A stretch of DNA of 64,000 nucleotides from Spirochaetae bacterium HGW-Spirochaetae-4 (GTDB lineage: Bacteria > Spirochaetota > Spirochaetia > Sphaerochaetales > Sphaerochaetaceae), in NCBI GenBank assembly GCA_002839335.1, contig PGXU01000005.1, positions 28,215 to 92,214 on the forward strand. Direction: 5' to 3'. A model generated the notes under the pieces. It saw only the letters and a program-made list of their open reading frames with translations. It made no database searches and was not told where the DNA came from. Positions 17,159 to 24,853 of this stretch are shown here, one piece after another (position 1 is the stretch's first letter; each line of letters opens with the position of its first letter). The position numbers and the translations under genes are program-made.

Positions 17159-18196
17159 CTAGGGTATCAAGACCGCTTTAACGATGAGTTCATTATTAAG
17201 CGCTTCGAATGCCTCCACTATTTGTGAAAGAGGGAACGTTTTTTCGATAAAGGGTTTCACATTCAGTTTCCCCCTCGCTATCAAATCCAGTACATATCTA
17301 TTCTGGGAAACAGTTGAAGCGTGGGCCCCAAATAGAGAGATTTCCTTATAATGAATTATATTGCTATCAAGAAATCCTTTTGATTCCTTGGGTAGCCCTC
17401 CGAACAAGCTGATCCTTCCTTGTTTGGCGATAATACCCAAAGCATCCGATTGGGCACTACCAACCGAACATGCAGTTATAGCGACATCCACCCCGAAATT
17501 ATCTGTATGCTGCATAATTGTAGGGAATAGGTCCTCTTTCATTGAGTTGATTCCATATAGCATCGGCAGCATTTCTTTTGCTTTGGCAATTCTTGCATCG
17601 TTCACATCGATCATGAACACTTTGCTTGCTCCTTGATGGTATGCAAGTTGTGCATGCATCGTACCGATAAAACCAGACCCAAAGATCGCTACAATATCTC
17701 CCTTTGAAATATTCAGATACTGTTGGGCATTCACTATACATGCGATCGGCTCGGTCAGAACAGCTTCCCGAGGGTCGAGTCCATCAGGAACCTTTGAAAC
17801 GTGATCCTGCATAAAGGCTTCAACCGGGATATGGACATACTCGGCGAACGTACCGTCAAATTCAAAGCCGATCGTTTTCAGGGAATCACAGAGATTGGTT
17901 TTTCCCTTTCTGCACGAAGGGCACACTCCACATCCAATTGCAGGCGCTACTTGTACACGATCACCGATCGAGAAGTTCTTGACATCCTTTCCGATTTCCA
18001 CGATGGTACCGACCATCTCATGACCTATAGTCCTTGGTGCCTTGATTTTAGAAGAACCAAATCGATAGGCCCTCAAATCTGTTCCACAAATCGAGGTCGC
18101 TTCAACCTTGACTACAGCGCTGGTATTACTTGAAGCCGGTCTTTCAATTTGCTTCAAACTCAACTTATTATCCGAATCATATATGAATGCAAGCAT
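17159..18196 (-). CDS. Zinc-dependent medium-chain alcohol/polyol dehydrogenase (sorbitol/threonine DH-like)
   Basis: Contains ICGTDL, GHEMVG, the structural-zinc motif CGVCPSCRKGKTNLC and GSGFIG (Rossmann fold). Confidence 0.85.
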   Translation of the reverse strand: MLAFIYDSDNKLSLKQIERPASSNTSAVVKVEATSICGTDLRAYRFGSSKIKAPRTIGHEMVGTIVEIGKDVKNFSIGDRVQVAPAIGCGVCPSCRKGKTNLCDSLKTIGFEFDGTFAEYVHIPVEAFMQDHVSKVPDGLDPREAVLTEPIACIVNAQQYLNISKGDIVAIFGSGFIGTMHAQLAYHQGASKVFMIDVNDARIAKAKEMLPMLYGINSMKEDLFPTIMQHTDNFGVDVAITACSVGSAQSDALGIIAKQGRISLFGGLPKESKGFLDSNIIHYKEISLFGAHASTVSQNRYVLDLIARGKLNVKPFIEKTFPLSQIVEAFEALNNELIVKAVLIP

Positions 18197-18229
18197 ATAC
18201 GCCTCACTTTATGTTATATTTTTAACATA

Positions 18230-18258
18230 AAGATACAGCTTCAATGAAACATTGTCAA
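18230..18258 (-). promoter_or_regulatory. Putative sigma70 promoter of the Zn-ADH gene
   Basis: The minus strand reads TTGACA-N17-TATCTT (perfect -35, 4/6 -10), ~35 nt upstream of the ATG at 18196. Confidence 0.45.
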
Positions 18259-18272
18259 CAATTATTGATTTT

Positions 18273-18288
18273 TGTAAATCTCCTAACA
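18273..18288. promoter_or_regulatory. Degenerate deo-operator-like site
   Basis: TGTAAATCTCCTAACA matches TGTTAGAATTCTAACA at 11/16 positions; the right half TCCTAACA matches 7/8. It lies just upstream of the Zn-ADH promoter. Confidence 0.35.
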
Positions 18289-18322
18289 ATAATATCACAT
18301 TTTATGTCGATACGCTAAACGC

Positions 18323-19129
18323 TTATACAAGTATCAAGCGGACTCCTCGTGAAATGATTTCCTTTTTCATCGACTCTTCAAGAGAATCGTTGGTAACAAT
18401 TATGTCGAAGTCTTCAATATTCGCAAAATGAGTCGGGCAGACCTTCCCGAATTTTGAGGCATCCACCAAAAGAATACTTGTTTTACTTGATTCAATGGCT
18501 TTTCTCTTTGTTTCCGATTCATAAGAGAGGGGGCAAGTTACTCCAAGTTGGGGGTGTATCCCACCTGCCGAGATAAAAACTTTCGAGGCTCGGGTATACT
18601 TCATAAAATCAGACGGATAAGGATTCTCAAACATTTTGGTTTGAGAATGGAAATAGCCACCATAGCTAATCAGTTTGCAATTTGGTTTTCTGCTTAGCTC
18701 AACCAGCACATTCAACGACCAACATACTGCGGTAAAAGAAAAAGTATTCTCAATTTCCCGACATAAATACGACATGGTCGTTCCAGAATCGATCATAACC
18801 GACTCATCTTGTTCCAAGAGGGTCGAAGCCTTCCTAGCGATTGCAATCTTATCTTCCCTGTTCTTTACAATCTGTTGATTGAACAAGTAATCCGAGTCGT
18901 TGAAATCTTTTACATCATCACTATTCGCCTGTTGGGTATCCGAGCCAGAATTATACAAAGCTCCACCGTGAAGATAACGAACTATCCCATTGGATTCCAA
19001 TATCGCCAAATCACGGCGAATGGTCATTTCCGAAACGTTGAATTTGGTAGACAACTCACTTATTGAACAAGCGTTATTCACTTTTATAAAATTTGTGAGT
19101 TCCTGTATTCGTTTTTCTCTCTTTATCAT
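18323..19129 (-). CDS. DeoR-family transcriptional regulator
   Basis: The ATG at 19129 (RBS gagg) gives MIKREKRIQELTNFIKVNNACSISELSTKFNVSEMTIRRDLAILESNGIVRYLHGGA..., an N-terminal DeoR HTH plus a C-terminal sugar-phosphate-binding (DeoRC) domain. The ORF-track TTG start at 19246 adds 39 implausible residues. Confidence 0.88.
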   Translation of the reverse strand: MIKREKRIQELTNFIKVNNACSISELSTKFNVSEMTIRRDLAILESNGIVRYLHGGALYNSGSDTQQANSDDVKDFNDSDYLFNQQIVKNREDKIAIARKASTLLEQDESVMIDSGTTMSYLCREIENTFSFTAVCWSLNVLVELSRKPNCKLISYGGYFHSQTKMFENPYPSDFMKYTRASKVFISAGGIHPQLGVTCPLSYESETKRKAIESSKTSILLVDASKFGKVCPTHFANIEDFDIIVTNDSLEESMKKEIISRGVRLILV

Positions 19130-19234
19130 TTTTACCTCAATATCTGCACGAACCGGATTACGAATAGTGTATGCAAATTCTATACTTGAGTACTGCCAAA
19201 AGCCTTGATTAAAAATACAACACTCTCCAGTCGT

Positions 19235-19262
19235 TTGACAAGACAACTCAAGTTGTTACAAT
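19235..19262 (+). promoter_or_regulatory. Putative sigma70 promoter facing yigZ
   Basis: The plus strand reads TTGACA-N16-TACAAT. The -10 lies inside the operator-like palindrome at 19254..19269. The minus strand has TTTAAC-N17-TAGAAT facing the DeoR gene. Confidence 0.5.
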
Positions 19263-19269
19263 TCTAACA
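19254..19269. promoter_or_regulatory. DeoR-operator-like 16-bp palindrome
   Basis: TGTTACAATTCTAACA is 15/16 identical to the E. coli deoO palindrome TGTTAGAATTCTAACA (recalled from the literature). It lies 125 nt upstream of the DeoR-family gene and overlaps -10-like hexamers on both strands. Confidence 0.6.
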
Positions 19270-19369
19270 TATTGCATATTAAAGTTAAAGTGTATTTCTG
19301 CTGTTGCATGGCAGGCTTTGACTTCCTACCAATCTGTTGGTTTAGGAATATCCATGGTATCATCAAACC

Positions 19370-19969
19370 ATGAGAATTCCCCTATCCGAGAACCAAGTCG
19401 AGATTGAAGTCAAACGATCCCGATTCGTCGCCATCGCCGAACCACTCGACGGAATCGAGAACATCAAGGCAAGAATCGTTGCGACCCGCGCCTTGCATCC
19501 GCAGGCAAACCATGTAGTCCATGCAGCGGTGCTTGGTCCCGATGGTACCCAGTTCAGCCAAAGCGACGACCACGAACCGAAGAACACCGCAGGACGACCG
19601 GTACTGGAAGTGCTCAAGGGAAGCGGAGTCACAAACGTATTGGTAATGGTCGTCCGGTATTTTGGCGGAACGCTGTTGGGTACCGGAGGGCTGGTGAAAG
19701 CATATGGGGATGCAGCCAAAGCCGTGATTGATACCTTGAAAACCGAAGAACTCATTGAAAAATCCAATCTTACCATACAGATCGGCTATGAAATCTATGA
19801 GCAAGTCAGAAATCTGCTCGTGGAGAAGGACGGCCGGTCCACCGAAGATTTCGCAACCGGCATCACCATAGGGGCTACGGTTCCGACCATCCATGTCCAG
19901 GAAATCGTGGACAGGATCACCGATCTCAGTTCAGGTGGCGCTACGATTGAAGTACTTCACGAATGCTGA
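19370..19969 (+). CDS. yigZ: YigZ/IMPACT-family protein (UPF0029)
   Basis: EIEVKRSRFVAIAEP...HPQANHVVHAAVLG...DDHEPKNTAGRPVLEVL...VLVMVVRYFGGTLLGTGGLVKAY is the typical YigZ N-domain. Confidence 0.8.
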   Translation: MRIPLSENQVEIEVKRSRFVAIAEPLDGIENIKARIVATRALHPQANHVVHAAVLGPDGTQFSQSDDHEPKNTAGRPVLEVLKGSGVTNVLVMVVRYFGGTLLGTGGLVKAYGDAAKAVIDTLKTEELIEKSNLTIQIGYEIYEQVRNLLVEKDGRSTEDFATGITIGATVPTIHVQEIVDRITDLSSGGATIEVLHEC

Positions 19970-21273
19970 ACCGCAGCATCTGCCTGCTCGATGAATCTGA
20001 TCGCAATGGACAACGTCTCCTCGACCGCCTTGGGATCTATTGCTTCGGGAAGATCGTTCGGCGTGTGGTAGACACTCGACCGCTCCTTGTTGTCCCAGGG
20101 CATCGCCATGAGGGAAACAGCCTCGAATCCAGCTTTCGCGGCTTCGGCGGCATCGGTTCCCCCGGTCAGGAACGCAATCGGCTGGCTGAAGGCCTCATAC
20201 CCCATCGACTGTGCGATACCAACACATTTGGTCGCCATCTCCTGTGAAAGTTTGACACTGCCGTTGATATCGCTGGTCAGGAAGAACAGATCCTTCGCCT
20301 GATAGGGACAATCCACATTGAAGTTCCAGGTTTTCGCCGAAAGCACTTCCGGGTCATTGCGATGCCGTGCATAGAAGTCGCGTGCACCCCGCAAGCCGGC
20401 CTCCTCCCCATCGAAGCTGGCCAAGACGACCCGAGTATGGTGCAACGGATTTCCGTTCTCCGCATTGTGCTTGAAATACCGCGCCAACTGTACAGCCATA
20501 GCAGACGAAATCAGATTGTCACCGGCACCGGGTGTTCCCTCCTCCGAAGCGAAGAACCACAGTTTGATCACCCAGGGAAGCGCAACTGTCAACGGGATGG
20601 CCGCCATGATGAAAGCCCACGCGGGAACCCCAATGGCAAACACTCCTCCGGTGAATATCTCCACAATCGTCTGCACCAAGGAGACGACCGACAATACGAG
20701 GAACGCCCCAAGCCCCGTACCTATCCTAACCATGTAGAGGTGCGGTTTATGGGTGTAGAAATTGAACACGCGGGCACTGTCATGGTGTCCGCTGAACACG
20801 ACCGTCTGCCGTACATCCTGCTCCGGTTCCACAGTTCCGAATACATTCATACCGGTCACCTTCGGATACCATCGATCGATCACTTCCCTGTACAGGAAGA
20901 ATTCGTAGACCATGATCAGCAAACCAACGCCCATGAGGAGAAGGGAAAACAATGGCAACGACAGCCATATGCACAGCAATGCCACGGGATACAAAGTCAC
21001 CAGGATGCGTATCCATCCCAGGAAGGCCTTGGGATGCAGGGAGAATTCTTCCTTTTCGACACGATTGCAGTATGTCGACAGCTCGCTGGCCAACACTTCT
21101 GCCGTTTGGGTACACCCGGGAGTTCCCGTCAACCTGCTACCAAATCTCCCGATGAGGTCGGAAACCATTTCCAATGCATGGTTCCCCATACGTGCTGCCT
21201 GCAATTTTTCCATTCTTACTTTCGCCATGGGACACCTCGCTCCTATCATGGTCATACGTTCGAGTCCTGTCAA
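19957..21273 (-). CDS. M28-family metallopeptidase with an internal membrane segment
   Basis: Contains SGHHDS, ASFDGEEAGLRGARDF and a hydrophobic block of ~4 TM helices in the middle. The exact start is uncertain (several in-frame Met). Confidence 0.75.
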   Translation of the reverse strand: MTGLERMTMIGARCPMAKVRMEKLQAARMGNHALEMVSDLIGRFGSRLTGTPGCTQTAEVLASELSTYCNRVEKEEFSLHPKAFLGWIRILVTLYPVALLCIWLSLPLFSLLLMGVGLLIMVYEFFLYREVIDRWYPKVTGMNVFGTVEPEQDVRQTVVFSGHHDSARVFNFYTHKPHLYMVRIGTGLGAFLVLSVVSLVQTIVEIFTGGVFAIGVPAWAFIMAAIPLTVALPWVIKLWFFASEEGTPGAGDNLISSAMAVQLARYFKHNAENGNPLHHTRVVLASFDGEEAGLRGARDFYARHRNDPEVLSAKTWNFNVDCPYQAKDLFFLTSDINGSVKLSQEMATKCVGIAQSMGYEAFSQPIAFLTGGTDAAEAAKAGFEAVSLMAMPWDNKERSSVYHTPNDLPEAIDPKAVEETLSIAIRFIEQADAAVQHS

Positions 21274-21316
21274 GTTTTACGTGGTACCGGAGAGGGTTTT
21301 GCCTCCCCCGGTTTAC

Positions 21317-21345
21317 TTGACAAAGAATGGCCCCGTCAGTATAGT
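21317..21345 (+). promoter_or_regulatory. Strong sigma70 promoter of the tRNA/SRP-RNA cluster
   Basis: TTGACA-N17-TATAGT ends 14 nt before the first tRNA. Confidence 0.7.
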
Positions 21346-21358
21346 GGGAATCCTGATT

Positions 21359-21443
21359 GGAGAGATGTCCGAGCGGTCGAAGGAGGCGGTCTTGAAAACC
21401 GTTGAGGCGCGAGTCTCCGGGGGTTCGAATCCCTCTCTCTCCG
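21359..21443 (+). tRNA. tRNA-Ser (anticodon UGA)
   Basis: Manual cloverleaf: acceptor GGAGAGA/TCTCTCC, 3-bp D stem, anticodon stem GCGGT/ACCGT with loop CTTGAAA, long variable arm, T arm GGGGG-TTCGAAT-CCCTC. No encoded CCA. Confidence 0.9.
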
Positions 21444-21495
21444 CTAATTTCAATTTTCCGATCAGGTGTAGCGATCTACCTATCGGTAGTTCCCT

Positions 21496-21582
<87 letters not shown>

Positions 21583-21618
21583 TTTTTTTGGTTTTTTACA
21601 AGTTTAATGATATGTTGC

Positions 21619-21692
21619 GTAGCCATAGCTCAGCTGGATAGAGCATCAGATTGCGGATCTGGAGGTCGGAGGTTCGAATCCTCTTGGCTACA
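21619..21692 (+). tRNA. tRNA-Arg (anticodon GCG)
   Basis: Acceptor GTAGCCA/TGGCTAC, D arm GCTC-AGCTGGATA-GAGC (A20), anticodon stem TCAGA/TCTGG with loop TTGCGGA, 5-nt variable loop, T arm GGAGG-TTCGAAT-CCTCT. The D and T arms resemble E. coli tRNA-Arg(ACG). Confidence 0.85.
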
Positions 21693-21709
21693 TACGGCGA
21701 AGCCCGCCT

Positions 21710-21797
21710 GGAGAGATGTCCGAGTGGTCGAAGGAGACGGACTCGAAATCCGTTGTACCGTTTGACGGTACCGAGGGTTCGAATCCCTCTCTCTCCG
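21710..21797 (+). tRNA. tRNA-Ser (anticodon CGA)
   Basis: Acceptor GGAGAGA/TCTCTCC, anticodon stem ACGGA/TCCGT with loop CTCGAAA, long variable arm. Confidence 0.9.
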
Positions 21798-21828
21798 CTC
21801 TTTTTTTTCGTTTCTGTCATGTGAACTT

Positions 21829-21916
21829 GGAGAGATGTCCGAGTGGTCGAAGGTGCACCCTTGGAAGGGGTGTGAGCTCTAACCGGGCTCCGAGGGTTCG
21901 AATCCCTCTCTCTCCG
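21829..21916 (+). tRNA. tRNA-Ser (anticodon GGA)
   Basis: Acceptor GGAGAGA/TCTCTCC, anticodon stem CACCC/GGGTG with loop TTGGAAG, long variable arm. Confidence 0.9.
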
Positions 21917-21922
21917 TTTATT

Positions 21923-22045
21923 CCCCCTTGGTGTTGATGGTAGATTCTGTGCTATCGCTCTTCGCCCAACCCCGTCAGGACCGGAAGGTAGCAGCGGTAA
22001 GCGATTGAACGATGAGCCACAGGCGATGTATCGGAGCCAAGGGGG
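21923..22045 (+). ncRNA. ffs: Signal recognition particle RNA (small bacterial 4.5S type)
   Basis: Contains the conserved domain IV motif GTCAGGACCGGAAGGTAGCAGC (GGAA tetraloop; E. coli has GUCAGGUCCGGAAGGAAGCAGC). A 9-bp terminal helix pairs CCCCCTTGG (21923) with CCAAGGGGG (22037), followed by TTTTT. It sits immediately upstream of dnaX, as in the Bacillus scr-dnaX-ybaB-recR arrangement. Confidence 0.8.
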
Positions 22046-22107
22046 TTTTTCATTCCGACAAGCCCATGGTATAGTCATAGGTGTCTGTCACGGACACTGG
22101 AGTAGCA

Positions 22108-23850
22108 ATGGCATACGAAGTAACAGCAACACGCAAAAGACCCCAATTGTTTGACGGCTTGGTCGGACAACAGTTCGTTGTTTCGACAATCAAGAATTCG
22201 ATCGAGCAGGGTCGCATCGCCCATGCCTATCTCTTCAGTGGACCACGTGGAGTCGGCAAGACCTCCTCGGCCAGGATTCTCGCGAAGGCGCTCAATTGCG
22301 AGCAGGGTCCCACACCGTATCCCTGTGGTGTCTGCGCGAACTGCAGGGAAATAACACAGGGGAATTCGACCGACGTGATCGAGATCGACGGAGCAAGCAA
22401 CACGTCGGTGAACGATATCCGCGTCATCAAGGACGAGGTGTTGTTTCCACCTCAGAGTTGCCGCTACAAGGTGTACATCATCGACGAGGTCCACATGCTC
22501 TCCACCAGTGCGTTCAATGCCCTGTTGAAGACCATCGAGGAACCACCCGAATATGTCGTATTCATCTTTGCGACAACCGAAACACAAAAGGTGCCCGCCA
22601 CCATCCGTTCACGCTGCCAGCAATTCCATTTCCAGTTGATTCCATTGGATATCATCAAGGATGTCCTCGCCCAGACAGCTGCCGAAATGGGAATCCAAGC
22701 AGAGGACGAGGCCTTGTTCTGGATAGCCAAGGAATCGACCGGATCCATGCGCGACGCCTATACGTTGTTCGACCAGGTCGTCTCGTTCAGCAACGGTATG
22801 GTGACCATGGAGCAGATCCAGCAGAAGTTGGGATTGGCAGGATTGGATAAGATTTCCGCTATTATCGGTGCCCTGTTGGAGGAACAGACGGGGAACGCGC
22901 TGCAGGCACTCCATGCGCTGCTGGATTCCGGGGTCTCTGTGGAACAGTGCATCAAGGATCTTGCCGAGTACATGCGTACCTTGCTGCTCATCAGACGGGA
23001 CATCACCAACGAATCGATTCTCGGGCTACAGATTTCCCAGATACCTGAAGCAATTCGCCAAGCCTATTCGGACGAGCAATTGGAAGCCGCGGTCGAACTC
23101 TTCTTGAAGTTGTACCGCGATATCCGCTTCTCGCTCAATCCCCGTTTCGAACTCGAGCTGGCTGTCAGCAGATTGACACATTTGCGTCATATGGCATCCT
23201 CGGCCACACTGGTACGGAAAGTGGAGGAATTGAAGGAATCACTGCTTTCCGGCGAGATTGCGCAAGCGCGTCCCCAACTGGTAAAACCAATTGAAACGAT
23301 AGCTCCGAAAGCTCCTGTACAGCAAATAGTACATTCAACTCCGATTAAAGAGGCTATCGTAGAGCCTACAGTTGCTCCAAAACCGATAGTACCACCAGCT
23401 CCCATTCCCGCTCCAAAGCCAACACCGGAACCAACGCCTTTGGCCAGACCTGCCCCGCAGGTCGAACCGCAGCGCAAGGAAGTTCCACCAACACCGGTAT
23501 CGCCTCCACCGGTAAAGCATATCACCAAGGATTTACTACCGGAGTTGATCCAAGAGATGGCTGCGGAACGCGACCCGGTTGGGATTGTGCTGAGCCAGGT
23601 CGTAGAGGTTTCACATGATGACAAAAGCCTCCGATTCACTTTCGCTTCGAACTATGCGATGGAAACCGCTCGCCAGAATTCAGAACGGTTGAAAGCATTG
23701 GTTGCGCGGCATACCGGATACGACGGTCCGATTGAATTTTTGAAGACACTACCGAAAGCGGACCTTGCACAATCGGAAAAGAGACAAACCAATGAATTGG
23801 CCAACACCATTGCCACCATGTTCAGGGGCGAAGTGTTGCACCTGCAATAA
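22108..23850 (+). CDS. dnaX: DNA polymerase III subunit gamma/tau
   Basis: The ATG at 22108 gives MAYEVTATRKRPQLFDGLVGQQ...HAYLFSGPRGVGKTSSARILAKALNC, a Zn module CGVCANC, YKVYIIDEVHMLS and a Pro-rich linker in the C-terminal half. Confidence 0.92.
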   Translation: MAYEVTATRKRPQLFDGLVGQQFVVSTIKNSIEQGRIAHAYLFSGPRGVGKTSSARILAKALNCEQGPTPYPCGVCANCREITQGNSTDVIEIDGASNTSVNDIRVIKDEVLFPPQSCRYKVYIIDEVHMLSTSAFNALLKTIEEPPEYVVFIFATTETQKVPATIRSRCQQFHFQLIPLDIIKDVLAQTAAEMGIQAEDEALFWIAKESTGSMRDAYTLFDQVVSFSNGMVTMEQIQQKLGLAGLDKISAIIGALLEEQTGNALQALHALLDSGVSVEQCIKDLAEYMRTLLLIRRDITNESILGLQISQIPEAIRQAYSDEQLEAAVELFLKLYRDIRFSLNPRFELELAVSRLTHLRHMASSATLVRKVEELKESLLSGEIAQARPQLVKPIETIAPKAPVQQIVHSTPIKEAIVEPTVAPKPIVPPAPIPAPKPTPEPTPLARPAPQVEPQRKEVPPTPVSPPPVKHITKDLLPELIQEMAAERDPVGIVLSQVVEVSHDDKSLRFTFASNYAMETARQNSERLKALVARHTGYDGPIEFLKTLPKADLAQSEKRQTNELANTIATMFRGEVLHLQ

Positions 23851-23861
23851 CCGGAGGAACC

Positions 23862-24158
23862 ATGAACCCGTTCGATCTTATGAAGAACATGCAGAATATC
23901 CAATCCCAGATGCAACAGATGCAATCCAAGCTCGCGGTGATGCGGGCCACTGGGAGCGCAGGGGCAGGCATGGTCGATGTCACCATCAACGGGAAGATGG
24001 AAGTCCAATCGATCCACATCTCGGCGGAAGTGGTCGACCCGGAGGATATCAGCACACTTGAGGTGCTGGTCGCCTCCGCGTTCAACGCCGCGGTGAAGAA
24101 CATCCAGGACCAATTGAAGACGGAAGCCACCTCGCTGGCCGGCGGCATGAACCTATGA
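23862..24158 (+). CDS. ybaB: Nucleoid-associated protein YbaB/EbfC
   Basis: 98 aa; NMQNIQSQMQQMQSKL...GAGMVDVTINGKMEVQSIHISAEVVDPED...LEVLVASAFNAA. Lies in the conserved dnaX-ybaB-recR context. Confidence 0.9.
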   Translation: MNPFDLMKNMQNIQSQMQQMQSKLAVMRATGSAGAGMVDVTINGKMEVQSIHISAEVVDPEDISTLEVLVASAFNAAVKNIQDQLKTEATSLAGGMNL

Positions 24159-24748
24159 CTTCCCTTGAACTCCTTGCGAAACAACTGTCCAGGCTTCCAG
24201 GCATCGGTCCGAAGAGTGCCGCACGGTTGGCCTACCATCTGATCAAGAGCGATTCCCATTACAACCAGCAGCTGGCCCAACTGATCGCACAGATCCAGGA
24301 GTTGGTCTTCCCTTGCAGTATCTGCGGTAGCTATACTGAAACGGACCCCTGCCCCATTTGTACCGATGCGAGCCGGGACCGGACGCTCCTGTGTGTGGTG
24401 GAACAACCGCAGGATGTTGTGACCATTGCGGCAAGCGGGGCGTACAACGGCTTATTCCATGTGTTGGGCGGAGCCCTCTCCCCGTTGGATGGAATCGGAC
24501 CGGACAAACTGGACTTTTCGAATCTCATGAAACGGATAGAAGGGGAAGGTTTCCAGGAAATCATTATCGCAACGAACCCGACCGAGGAAGGCGATACCAC
24601 AGCCATGTATTTGCGGCATCTATTGAAAGGCAAGCAGATCACGATCACGCGCTTGGCTTCGGGCCTACCCATTGGCGGAGACCTGGAATATGCGGACAGG
24701 TTGACGCTTGCACGGTCGATGCGTGGACGGATCGATTACAGGGAATGA
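24155..24748 (+). CDS. recR: Recombination protein RecR
   Basis: LSRLPGIGPKSAARLAYHL (HhH), a C4 zinc finger CSICGSYTETDPCPICTD, and a Toprim segment LCVVEQPQDV. The start overlaps the ybaB stop by 4 nt. Confidence 0.93.
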   Translation: MTSLELLAKQLSRLPGIGPKSAARLAYHLIKSDSHYNQQLAQLIAQIQELVFPCSICGSYTETDPCPICTDASRDRTLLCVVEQPQDVVTIAASGAYNGLFHVLGGALSPLDGIGPDKLDFSNLMKRIEGEGFQEIIIATNPTEEGDTTAMYLRHLLKGKQITITRLASGLPIGGDLEYADRLTLARSMRGRIDYRE

Positions 24749-24853
24749 ATGGTATCGCAACCCCAGGGCAAGCCCAGGAAAGTGGAGGCTTCGCCTCTGC
24801 TGCCGCCCCAAGGGGTGTGGTATCTCACCCTACGTTCCCTGCACTCGCTTCGC
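24741..24853 (+). repeat. GC-rich intergenic repeat family, copy 2 (full length)
   Basis: GGGAATGAATGGTATCGCAACCCCAGGGCAAGCCC...GGAGGCTTCGCCTC...CGCCCCAAGGGGTG..GGTATCTCACCCTACGTTCCCTGCACTCGCTTCG fills the whole recR/djlA convergent gap. The recR TGA lies inside the element. Confidence 0.8.

Noticed and set aside
20362-21405. A 347-aa plus-strand ORF (and the overlapping ORF 20912..21607).
   Set aside because: They are antisense to the M28 peptidase gene and run into the tRNA promoter and first tRNA genes. No motifs.
21596-22078. A 160-aa minus-strand ORF and a 73-aa plus-strand ORF (21716-21937).
   Set aside because: They span three tRNA genes and the SRP RNA, so they are artefacts of structured-RNA sequence.
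22108-23850. I looked for a dnaX programmed frameshift site (A AAA AAG-type slippery heptamer plus a downstream hairpin).
   Set aside because: I saw no such heptamer when reading the gene. The check was by eye and not exhaustive, so no claim is made.
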